Positions 28,072 through 36,897 of a stretch of DNA of 64,000 nt are shown one piece after another. The stretch comes from Nannocystales bacterium (GTDB lineage: Bacteria; Myxococcota_A; Polyangia; Nannocystales; Nannocystaceae). The stretch spans positions 414,474-478,473 of the forward strand of contig JBOEGF010000008.1 of the NCBI GenBank assembly GCA_050633305.1, read 5' to 3'. Positions within the stretch are counted from its first letter, which is position 1; each line of letters starts with the position of its first letter. The notes under the pieces are model-generated. The model worked only from the letters and a program-made list of their open reading frames with translations, ran no database searches and was not told the origin of the DNA. Both the position numbers and the translations under genes were made by a program.

Positions 28072-31000
28072 TTGGTGAGACAGGACGACATGGACGCCAC
28101 GCTCAGCGTGGAGGGTGGGTTCGAGCCCTTCGGTGGCCCACGCAATCCCTCGGCCGACGTCTCGCCCAAGAATGAGCTTCAGCGCGGGCAACTCGTCGGT
28201 CGCTTCTTCATCGTTGAGCGCCTGGGCGTGGGCGGGATGGGCGTGGTCTACCGAGCCTACGACCCAGAGCTGCACCGGCAGCTCGCTATCAAACTGCTGC
28301 ACCCCTCGTTTCAGCACGACGCAGAAGACCGATCGCGTCTGCTTCGCGAAGCGCAGGCGATGGCTCAAGTCTCACACCCCAACGTGATCACGATTCACGA
28401 CGTGGGCACCCTCGACGACAAGATCTACATCGCCATGGAGCTGGTGGAGGGCCGGACGCTCTCCGGGTGGTTGTCCCGTACCCAGCGGACGTGGCAAGAG
28501 GTGATCGCGACCTTCGTGCAAGCAGGTCGCGGGCTTGCTGCGGCACACGCCGAGGACCTGGTCCACCGCGACTTCAAGCCCGACAACGTCATGATCGACG
28601 ACAAGGGCCGAGTCCGCGTCATGGACTTCGGCTTGGCCCGGTCCTCGGGCGTCCGCACGAGGACAGGAGATCTGGCCGCCCCGGCGGAAGCGGTTTGGAC
28701 CCACGGGTCGACCCTCGACACCCCACTGACCCGGGAAGGCGCGCTGATGGGCACGCCTGCGTACATGGCCGCCGAGCAATTCGACGGCCTCGCCACCGAC
28801 GCTCGAACGGACCAGTTCGCCTATTGCGTCGCGGTGTGGGAGGGGCTGTTCGGCCTGCGCCCCTTCGCAGGAGGAGGCATCTCCGAGCTGATGGATCGCG
28901 TCGCGGAGGGCGACATTCGTGACCCTCCCTCCTCGGATGTGCCGCGTGCTGTGGAACGGATGCTTCGACGTGGGCTGCGACCTGCACCCGGAGATCGCTG
29001 GCCGAAGCTCCTCGACCTGGTCGACGCACTCGAGGCGTCGATCGCTCCGAAGCCCAAGACCTCTTGGCTTCCGTGGGCCGGCGCAGGGGGGACCGTCGCC
29101 GCAGCGGTCGGCCTGACACTTGCAGCCGCAACACCCGAGGAGAAGTGCAGCGGCGCCGAGGCAGCGCTGGCCGAGACCTGGAATGAGTCCAGAGCCGACA
29201 ACATTGGCGAGGCGTTCAAGGCGTTGGGCGAACGTCCGGAGCAGCGCTGGCCCCCGCAAAGAGAGCGGCTTGACCGCTACGCAGAGTCTTGGAAGGCGAT
29301 GCACACCGAGGCCTGTGAAGCCACCGCTGTGCGAGGCGACCAATCCGAAGACGTCCTCGACCTTCGGATGGCGTGCCTGCGCCGGTCACAACACGACCTC
29401 GACGAAACGCTCGCGGTACTCGAAACCCCCGATCGGGACCTGAGTCATCGGCTGTATCGGGTGGTCGATGGGATTGCGTCTGTGGATCATTGCGCAGACG
29501 TCGAGAGCCTCCAAGAGCTCTCCCTGCCACCCGCACCGTCGATCGCGGAAGCCGTGGAAGAAGCCGATCGCATGGTCGCCCGCGCAGGCGTCCTGGCCCG
29601 TGCCGGACGATTCGCAGATTCTCTCGAGACCGGTGTACAGGCGCTGGAACGCGCCCGCCGGCTTGACTATGGGCCCCTCATCACCGACGCGACGTTGACG
29701 GTCGCCAATGCACACGCCGACTTGAGTCACTTCGATGAAGCGGTTCCCCTACTCGTCAAGGTTCAACGACGCGCCGTCGCTCAGGGCCAATGGCGCCAAG
29801 CTGTCATCGCCACCGCTCGCTACATCCACGTGGTCGGACACTTCCAGTCCCGCCCGGCCGAAGCGCTCGCAATGAGAGAACTCGGGCTGGGCCTCGCACA
29901 GCGGGCAGACGACCCTCACGCCAGAGTCGTCCTGCGAGGCGCGATCACAGCGGCGCTGGGGACGAACCAGCAACACGCCGAGGCGATCGAGTTCATCGAG
30001 GGGACGCTGGCCATCTACGACGCCCACCCCTCTCTGGATCAGGTGGGCCGCTCCCGCGAGTTGGAGAACCTCTCGGAACTCCTCGGCAACCAAGGCGAGT
30101 TCGAGGCTGCGCTGTCGGCTCAGCTGGAAGCCATCGAAATCTTCAGCGCGGGACGAGGCGAAGAACACCCCGAGGTCGCACGGAAGCTGTCCAACCTCGG
30201 CGCGACCTACAGCATGATGGGGCGCAACGAAGAGGCCGAAGCGACGTACCGCAAGGCGCTGGCACTCCAAGAACAACTGCTCCCCCCCGGGCACCTCGAC
30301 ACGGTGATCTGCCGAGCCAACATCGCGGCGATCCTCGCGTCCCAAGACCGCATGGAGGACGCCGAGCCCATGTACCGACAGGTCCTTGCGGGCCTCGAAG
30401 CCAAGCTCGGAGGCGCACACCCACACGTCATCATGACCCGGTACAATCTCGCCGGGGTTCTGCGGAGCCTCGACCGGCTGGATGAAGCAGAGGCCACCGC
30501 CCGACGCGCCCTCGCCGATGCACAGAACGCCACCGGGACCGGGGGCATGCGAATCGCAGGCGCCGCGGCAGCTCTCGCATCCGTCCTGCTCGACAAGAAG
30601 GAGTACTCCGCGGCTCAGGAAGCCTTTCAGACCGCGGTCACGGCACACACCGAGGCTCGCGGAGAGGCACACCCGTACACGCTCAGCGCCCGGCTGGGAC
30701 TCGCGGAGACATTGCTCAATGCGGGCCGGGAGTCCGAGGCAGAAGCGATGCTCCGCTCCTCCCTGGCCGCCGGGGTGAAGGCACACGGCGACAGCGTGCT
30801 CGAGGTCGCCCGACTCCGTCGGGTTCTCGCCGACGTCTTGCTCTCCGGCGGTCACGCCGACGAAGCGCGAGAGCTCCTCGAGCGCGCGATTCCCAAGCTT
30901 GAAGAGGATGGGGACAGCCACCTCGCCGGCGCCCTCTTCTCCCTCGCACAAGCGTTGGGGGAAACGCCTGCGGATCGCATCCGCGGGGTTGAGCTCGCCA

Positions 31001-31089
31001 CACGTGCGCACACCATGCTCGCCGCGCTCCCGCGTGAATCTCAGGCGGCACAAGACGTTGCCACCTGGCTCGAAGCTCACCCCCTTTGA
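28072..31089 (+). CDS. Ser/Thr protein kinase with TM segment and C-terminal TPR array (start may be 28075 or 28090)
   Basis: LGVGGMGVVY, AIK, HRDFKPDN, DFGLA, GTPAYM; HP-containing TPR repeats. Confidence 0.95.
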   Translation: MVRQDDMDATLSVEGGFEPFGGPRNPSADVSPKNELQRGQLVGRFFIVERLGVGGMGVVYRAYDPELHRQLAIKLLHPSFQHDAEDRSRLLREAQAMAQVSHPNVITIHDVGTLDDKIYIAMELVEGRTLSGWLSRTQRTWQEVIATFVQAGRGLAAAHAEDLVHRDFKPDNVMIDDKGRVRVMDFGLARSSGVRTRTGDLAAPAEAVWTHGSTLDTPLTREGALMGTPAYMAAEQFDGLATDARTDQFAYCVAVWEGLFGLRPFAGGGISELMDRVAEGDIRDPPSSDVPRAVERMLRRGLRPAPGDRWPKLLDLVDALEASIAPKPKTSWLPWAGAGGTVAAAVGLTLAAATPEEKCSGAEAALAETWNESRADNIGEAFKALGERPEQRWPPQRERLDRYAESWKAMHTEACEATAVRGDQSEDVLDLRMACLRRSQHDLDETLAVLETPDRDLSHRLYRVVDGIASVDHCADVESLQELSLPPAPSIAEAVEEADRMVARAGVLARAGRFADSLETGVQALERARRLDYGPLITDATLTVANAHADLSHFDEAVPLLVKVQRRAVAQGQWRQAVIATARYIHVVGHFQSRPAEALAMRELGLGLAQRADDPHARVVLRGAITAALGTNQQHAEAIEFIEGTLAIYDAHPSLDQVGRSRELENLSELLGNQGEFEAALSAQLEAIEIFSAGRGEEHPEVARKLSNLGATYSMMGRNEEAEATYRKALALQEQLLPPGHLDTVICRANIAAILASQDRMEDAEPMYRQVLAGLEAKLGGAHPHVIMTRYNLAGVLRSLDRLDEAEATARRALADAQNATGTGGMRIAGAAAALASVLLDKKEYSAAQEAFQTAVTAHTEARGEAHPYTLSARLGLAETLLNAGRESEAEAMLRSSLAAGVKAHGDSVLEVARLRRVLADVLLSGGHADEARELLERAIPKLEEDGDSHLAGALFSLAQALGETPADRIRGVELATRAHTMLAALPRESQAAQDVATWLEAHPL

Positions 31090-31128
31090 GCCTCCGAATC
31101 CTCTCCGACCCAAACAGGACCGCAGCTC

Positions 31129-32016
31129 ATGGGATGGCTGGCACAACTCAAGCACAACACCCGCTACCCGCTCAATACCGAGACCGTGATCGGCCGGGGC
31201 CCGAGCGCGGATATCCGACTCCAGGAACGCTTCGTCTCCAGCTTGCACGCTGCCTTGACGTGGGCCGCGGGCGGTTGGGGCGTCAAAGACCTCGGCTCGC
31301 ACAACGGGACCGCCATCAACGGGACCGCCATCCCCCCAGGGATGCGTTGCAAGGTGGAGGCGGGGGACGAGGTCAGCTTCGGCCAGCCCGCAGCAACGTG
31401 GACGCTCGTCGACGACAGTCCGCCGCAGCCGTACGCGACCGACACCGTGACCGGGGAGTTCACTTCAGGCAGGGACGGCCTGCTCGTCCTTCCCGGCCAC
31501 GACAATCCCAAGGCCGCGGTCTTCGCAGGGGCAGTCGATACGTGGCGGCTGGAGGTCGGTGACACGGCCGAAGACATCGCCGACCGACAAACCGTCGCGG
31601 TCGACGACCGGTCTTGGGTCGTCCGGCTTCCCGAGAGCCTGGGCTCCACGAGGACCTCGCACGGCTCCCGAATCCAGCTCTACCTCAGCGAGGCCCAGCT
31701 CACGATCGACGTCGACGACGACGGGCGCGGCGGCTCGATATCGGTGGACGCCGAAGCGGGCTCGTTCAGCTTCCCCCTCGGCACGACCATGATGGTCCTC
31801 GAGCAACTCGCGCGTGCGCGCACCCCAGGGAGCGCCGGTTGGCTAGAGCGAGAGGAGCTGCTCGACCGGCTCTCGATGACAGGCAACGGACTCAACGTCT
31901 CGGTGTTCCGCCTTCGCCGGAAGTTCGCGGAAGCGGGGTTTGCCGATGCGGCGCAGATCGTTGAACGCGGACAACGACGGATCCGACTGGGGACCGCCCG
32001 CGTGACGCTTCGCTGA
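31129..32016 (+). CDS. FHA domain protein with C-terminal winged-helix-like DNA-binding domain
   Basis: IGR, VSSLHA, DLGSHNGT FHA motifs; C-terminal LNVSVFRLRRKF. Confidence 0.85.
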   Translation: MGWLAQLKHNTRYPLNTETVIGRGPSADIRLQERFVSSLHAALTWAAGGWGVKDLGSHNGTAINGTAIPPGMRCKVEAGDEVSFGQPAATWTLVDDSPPQPYATDTVTGEFTSGRDGLLVLPGHDNPKAAVFAGAVDTWRLEVGDTAEDIADRQTVAVDDRSWVVRLPESLGSTRTSHGSRIQLYLSEAQLTIDVDDDGRGGSISVDAEAGSFSFPLGTTMMVLEQLARARTPGSAGWLEREELLDRLSMTGNGLNVSVFRLRRKFAEAGFADAAQIVERGQRRIRLGTARVTLR

Positions 32017-32030
32017 ACGCCGCGACTTGC

Positions 32031-33101
32031 TCAGCCGCCGTCGATGTCCTCGGCCCACGCTTCTCCCGCCCAACCTCCCGAGTGCGGTGAGCCGAGCTCC
32101 GCGGGGTCGAGTTCTGCAACCTCGGGCACGGACGCATCGACCTTGAGCCGTCCTTCGGGGCTGACGCGCACGACATCTCTGGGCACGGAAAAATCGGCGG
32201 GGTCGAAGCCGCTCGCCTCGCTCCCGCGGAACAACTGGCGCCCTGTGGTGGTCACGACCTCGACCTCCGGAGACGGAAGGCGCCCAGCGACAGCCTCCCC
32301 GACTGCGATCCAGTGAAACAGGTCGCTGTAGCGGGAGTAGTAGTGTCTCGACAGCGGGTCATCATAGGGACCCACCCGCTCGTACGACGGCAGGGCGCAA
32401 GACACAGTCCGTCGCCTCCGTGCACCGAATCCGAGGTGGCGCATCCGCCCCAGCTGACGCCGACCCGGTGCGATCAACCGGACGACAGCGGGACTCTGCT
32501 CGATGCTCGACTCGGGCACGTTGGTCCGAATCTGCCTCCCAATCTCCTCACAGATCGAACCGACGACCCCACGCTGAGACTCGATACGGTCGGTATCTTG
32601 AAGCATCTGCCTCACCCGCGCCGCGTACTCCTTGGCCCCCTCGTCGTCCGCTGGCGCATGGCCGTGGGGCCGCGCGGATACGCGCACCCGGGTTTCATCG
32701 GGGCGTGTGCTGCTGCGGGCGTGACAGCGGAGCTCGCCGAGAACCTCGAGCCCGTCTTGCTCACGGCGGAACGTGGTTCGCATGACCGCGTAGCCGTCAT
32801 CGACCGCCCCCGATTTCACAACGCCCTGCAGAGCCTCGGCAACGTCGCCGATTCGTTCCTCGGTGTCGACGTACACCGCCTTGCCGTCGACCACGATGGC
32901 GACGACGTCATCAAACCCAGCGGCCTCGAAGGACCGCAGCAGCGCTTCGAACACAGAGAGGTTTCCGGCGAGCGTCTCCCGAAGCTCGTCGTCGGTGTCC
33001 TCGTCGGATGAAGGGAACAAGGCCTCCAGGAGTCCCTTCACCGCGGTGGTGGGGCTCGGAAGCGTTGCGGGGAGTTGGACAGCGAGCGAAGCGTGAAACA
33101 T
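32031..33101 (-). CDS. Hypothetical protein
   Basis: Long ORF with coding-like composition; no motif recognised. Confidence 0.75.
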   Translation of the reverse strand: MFHASLAVQLPATLPSPTTAVKGLLEALFPSSDEDTDDELRETLAGNLSVFEALLRSFEAAGFDDVVAIVVDGKAVYVDTEERIGDVAEALQGVVKSGAVDDGYAVMRTTFRREQDGLEVLGELRCHARSSTRPDETRVRVSARPHGHAPADDEGAKEYAARVRQMLQDTDRIESQRGVVGSICEEIGRQIRTNVPESSIEQSPAVVRLIAPGRRQLGRMRHLGFGARRRRTVSCALPSYERVGPYDDPLSRHYYSRYSDLFHWIAVGEAVAGRLPSPEVEVVTTTGRQLFRGSEASGFDPADFSVPRDVVRVSPEGRLKVDASVPEVAELDPAELGSPHSGGWAGEAWAEDIDGG

Positions 33102-33132
33102 GCGCGCGCAGCAACGGTACTACACGAGGGGC

Positions 33133-33747
33133 TCAGTGCGGCCCCAACCACAACCCAGAGAAGTCGTACGGCTGACTGGTGACGAGGTCCCCGGGCTCAT
33201 CGAGCAACACCACGCCTTCGGTCTCACGCCACTGGAGGTGGGCATCTTCCGACCGAGCTCCGCAGTCTGTTTGCGCGACGTTGCGAACGTGGTTCAGCAC
33301 CACGGAGCCGGTCTCGCGGACGTAGAGTTCGTAGTCACAGAAAAACCCGGTCTTGAAGAGGTAGGCGGTCCGGTTCCCTGAAGGCACCGCCAGACGATCG
33401 ACCAGCCTGGGGCCAAAGAAGAGCTCGGGGTCGGCGGCGGCGACAGCTGCGGTCGACGCGGCGCTCGCGGCCACCTGACCGAGCACCCAAACCGTAGCCG
33501 TAAGCCGTCTGCGCCTGGCTCCGCGCAACGGCCGGCGCACCACCATCCATCCCACCAGGAGCAGGCATGAGAGGAGTGCGAGCACCACCATCACCCACGG
33601 TAGGGCCTCGAGGCTCGGCATCCAGCGCTGTTGGCCCCCCAACGTAGCCTCGCGAAGCGCGAAGACCCCCGCCCCGACCACCCCCGCGGTCCAAGCCACC
33701 GCCTGCGCGACCGCGAACCTGCCCCAGCCGGGTGCTTGAGCCGCCAC
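33133..33747 (-). CDS. Hypothetical membrane protein
   Basis: Three TM segments plus a soluble C-domain; GTG start 6 nt after TGnTACGTT. Confidence 0.65.
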   Translation of the reverse strand: MAAQAPGWGRFAVAQAVAWTAGVVGAGVFALREATLGGQQRWMPSLEALPWVMVVLALLSCLLLVGWMVVRRPLRGARRRRLTATVWVLGQVAASAASTAAVAAADPELFFGPRLVDRLAVPSGNRTAYLFKTGFFCDYELYVRETGSVVLNHVRNVAQTDCGARSEDAHLQWRETEGVVLLDEPGDLVTSQPYDFSGLWLGPH

Positions 33748-33860
33748 GTCTACAACGTAGCAGCCCGTGGAGTGACTTGCCGTCGAGGACCGCGACGGCA
33801 AGTCGGACAGCGCGTCGCGGTGAAGCAACGCGATGCGCTCTAGCCAGATGTCCGCGCGCG

Positions 33861-35801
33861 TCAGCTTCCTTGGACCAACGCGTCCAGTGTGCGCTGCGTG
33901 ATCGGGTGATAGCCCGCGCGGGCCTTGGCGTAGATTCGCTTCGCGTCGGCAGACCGATCAGACTCGATCAGCGCCCGGTACAACGGCGTGAGGAACTTCC
34001 GTCGGCCGACCCGCAGTAGGAACCCTTCGAGCGAGGCGTCCGTCTTCCGATAGCCGCGACGCACCGAAACCTCCAGCCATTGCGCGAGGATCTCCGAGTT
34101 GGTGGACGTGGTGAAGCCGAACGCTCCGTCGAGGGTGCCCATGTCTTCGGGACTGAACGTGGCCGGTAGAGCTCGCAAGAAGTGCAGCCACTCGTGCGGC
34201 GTCCAGCCATCGGTTTGGAGCTTGGTGACGTGAACCTCTCCAGAGAGGACGGACGCAAGAGCCGCATCCACGACGTCAAACGCCGCCGACTTGGGCTGCG
34301 GTGCACCGGGGCCCATGCCGGGGTTGTGAATCCAACCGGAGAGGTCCACCGGGGCTTTTCCTTCCAGCGGCGCGTGTTTCTCGATCAGCTCCGCTTTGAT
34401 GAACGCTTCGAAGTCGCTCGTCCGAACGCTGGTGAAGGCATGCTCGGTGAACCAGCGCTGCAAGAATGGATCGAACGCATCGCGTCCGTACGTCTCTTCG
34501 AGCAAGCGCAAGAACAGAGCGCCTTTCTCGTACGGAACGTTGGTGAGGCCATCGTCGGGGTCCCGTCCGGTCAGGTCGGTCGACAGTCGCTGCTCGGGCT
34601 CCGGGAGTTCAGCCAACTCCTTGACCAAATCCTGCTTGCCGAGCATCGCTTCCATCTCCTCGCGCTCCCGACCGTAGAGCGTTTCCATGACGCGACGCTC
34701 CACGTAGACCGTGAAGCCCTCGTTGAGCCACAGGTCCCCCCACGACGCATTGGTCACCAGATTGCCCGACCACGAGTGCGCGAGTTCGTGTGCGATCAAA
34801 GCGACCAGCGACCGATCTCCGGCGAGGATCGTGGGCGTCGCGAACGTGAGTCGGGGGTTCTCCATCCCACCAAACGGAAACGCGGGCGGCAACACGAGGA
34901 TGTCGTAACGCTCCCAGCGATACGGGCCGTAGAGTGACTCGACCGCATCGATCATCGCCTCGACGTTGCCAAACTCGGAAACCGATCGCTCGAGCATCGA
35001 TGGCTCTGCCCACACCCCGCTGCGCGGACCCAGCTCAGCAAACTCGACCGCTCCAACACTCATCGCGACGAGGTACGAGGGGATCGGCTGGTCCATCTCA
35101 AAGCGGAACGTGCCCTTTTCCTCAGAGGGAACGCTCTTCGCTGCCATCAACGCGGTGAGCCCGCCACCCACATGGATCTGCGCGTCGAACGTCGAGCGGA
35201 CGCCCGGCGTATCCTGGCAAGGAATCCACGAGCGCGCGTGAATCGCCTGCGACTGCGTATAGAGGAACGGGCTCACGCCGTCCGCCGTCTGCTCCGGTGA
35301 GAGCCACTGCAACCCCGAGGCTCCCGGCGCGGTCTCGTACTCGATGCGGACCGCATCCGCGTTCTGCGGCAACGTCACCCCAAGCGCTCCCCCGAACTCG
35401 CCGTCCTCAACGGTGTACGTCGTGTCTTTCCAGGCAACGGCGGCAGTGGCCAGTGGTCGGAGGTCACGAACCTGGGCGGTCTGAACCTTGCGAATCTCCA
35501 GCCCGCGTACATCCAGCAGAAGCGGGGCCGAGGTGTCGTGACGCTCGATAGCGACCGTTGCGGTCCCGCGCAGCACATGCGCCTCGAAGTCCACCGACAG
35601 GTCGAGCCCGGTGTGTGTGACGACCACTTCGTCCGGATGGGAGACCGAGTGCACGTCTCGGGTGTACGCAGCTGCGGCTTCCCCCGGGGCCGCTCCCACC
35701 GGGATCTCGGACGGCGGACCCGTCGGCGGTTTTCTTTCCGGCCGACAACCGAGCAACAGCGCGCAGGCCAGGAGTGCGGACATTGGGGTTCGCGCATTCA
35801 T
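33861..35801 (-). CDS. M1 family aminopeptidase (leukotriene A4 hydrolase-like), lipoprotein
   Basis: LLLGC lipobox, GGMENP, HELAHSWSGNLVTN...WLNEG, VGRRKF. Confidence 0.95.
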   Translation of the reverse strand: MNARTPMSALLACALLLGCRPERKPPTGPPSEIPVGAAPGEAAAAYTRDVHSVSHPDEVVVTHTGLDLSVDFEAHVLRGTATVAIERHDTSAPLLLDVRGLEIRKVQTAQVRDLRPLATAAVAWKDTTYTVEDGEFGGALGVTLPQNADAVRIEYETAPGASGLQWLSPEQTADGVSPFLYTQSQAIHARSWIPCQDTPGVRSTFDAQIHVGGGLTALMAAKSVPSEEKGTFRFEMDQPIPSYLVAMSVGAVEFAELGPRSGVWAEPSMLERSVSEFGNVEAMIDAVESLYGPYRWERYDILVLPPAFPFGGMENPRLTFATPTILAGDRSLVALIAHELAHSWSGNLVTNASWGDLWLNEGFTVYVERRVMETLYGREREEMEAMLGKQDLVKELAELPEPEQRLSTDLTGRDPDDGLTNVPYEKGALFLRLLEETYGRDAFDPFLQRWFTEHAFTSVRTSDFEAFIKAELIEKHAPLEGKAPVDLSGWIHNPGMGPGAPQPKSAAFDVVDAALASVLSGEVHVTKLQTDGWTPHEWLHFLRALPATFSPEDMGTLDGAFGFTTSTNSEILAQWLEVSVRRGYRKTDASLEGFLLRVGRRKFLTPLYRALIESDRSADAKRIYAKARAGYHPITQRTLDALVQGS

Positions 35802-35978
35802 CGCGAGGGCCCGCGTACCCGGCCCAGCCTGGAATTGCAAATGAGGGATTAGTTATGACGGTTTTGAGTCGGCTCCATGATTGCGCACCGTAGCGGTCGG
35901 CCGGCCGACGAGATCTCGCAAAAAGAGCGTTCTCGACCCTTCATGACGGTTTTTTTGCTCAAGTCCTGAACATTTTTG

Positions 35979-36007
35979 TTGATAAGAAAAAGTGTAAGCT
36001 GCATTAT
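35979..36007 (+). promoter_or_regulatory. Candidate sigma70 promoter in an AT-rich intergenic region
   Basis: TTGATA-N17-CATTAT upstream of ATG 36038. Confidence 0.45.
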
Positions 36008-36037
36008 CCAAACAGGTCGCAGCAAAGGTCCTCTCCA

Positions 36038-36784
36038 ATGTTCAACTCCTCCTCGATTCGCGCCTCGCTCGCCCTTGCCGCCGCCGCCCTCCTCTCGGGA
36101 GGATGTGACCTCATCGATGCCCTCTCGGACGAGGGGGACACGCTCGTGACGGTGTTCTCGAATCACCACGCCACACCGACGGACGGCTTCGTGCCCGACC
36201 GCGGGGGCGCAGGGGAGCTCCGCGTCTTCGACAACGACGAGGGCTGGACGATCCACCTCACCGACGGACTCATCACCACCAAAGGCGTCACGTTGCAGCG
36301 TTGTGACGGTGCGGAGTCCCCCATTGAGTTCTACTTCGGATCCGTTGCTGAGGACCTCCGCAGCGCCGACTTGGAGCGGCGCACCCTGGGCGGTACCGAG
36401 GTTGGTCCCGGTCAGCTCTGCGGAGTCACCATCCACTACGGCCCCTTCGTCGCGGGAACCGACGAGGTGCCCGGCGAGATGGACGCGGCCAAGGTGGACG
36501 GGATGACCATCTTCTTGGAGGGATTCGCGGAGCGCGGGGACGAAGTCGTTCCCTTCGAGATCGGCGTGGAGAGTTCCGCTGACGTCTTCACAGACCTCTC
36601 GGCCAGCCCCAGCGGGCCCGTTCGCATCAAGGGCGACGAGCCCTTCCCCGTGGAACTGACCGTCTCCAAGACGTACGACCGGTTCTTCGACGGCGTCGAC
36701 TTCGGCACCCTCACCGATGAGGACCTCTCGCAGAACGCACTTGCGGTGCTTCAGCTCGAGACCCGCGTCGACGTCCATCGCTAG
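36038..36784 (+). CDS. Hypothetical acidic lipoprotein
   Basis: LSGGC lipobox, beta-rich, strong codon bias. Confidence 0.85.
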   Translation: MFNSSSIRASLALAAAALLSGGCDLIDALSDEGDTLVTVFSNHHATPTDGFVPDRGGAGELRVFDNDEGWTIHLTDGLITTKGVTLQRCDGAESPIEFYFGSVAEDLRSADLERRTLGGTEVGPGQLCGVTIHYGPFVAGTDEVPGEMDAAKVDGMTIFLEGFAERGDEVVPFEIGVESSADVFTDLSASPSGPVRIKGDEPFPVELTVSKTYDRFFDGVDFGTLTDEDLSQNALAVLQLETRVDVHR

Positions 36785-36897
36785 AGTCTCACGCCCTCTA
36801 CCGGCCGCCGGGGGCCGGCCCCGAGGGGAAGAGATGCGCTCGAGGCCTTTGACCGCTGGCACGCGAGTCCGGAGCAACTCGGATATGCTTGTGATGG

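Noticed and set aside
35835..35857. GCAAATGAG Fur-box-like half site
   Set aside because: Second half does not match the 19-bp consensus
36004..36012. TTATCCAAA DnaA-box-like 9-mer in the AT-rich region
   Set aside because: Single imperfect box, no cluster, no dnaA/dnaN context
36857..36872. TGGCAC upstream of the second kinase as a sigma54 promoter
   Set aside because: No TTGC at the -12 position
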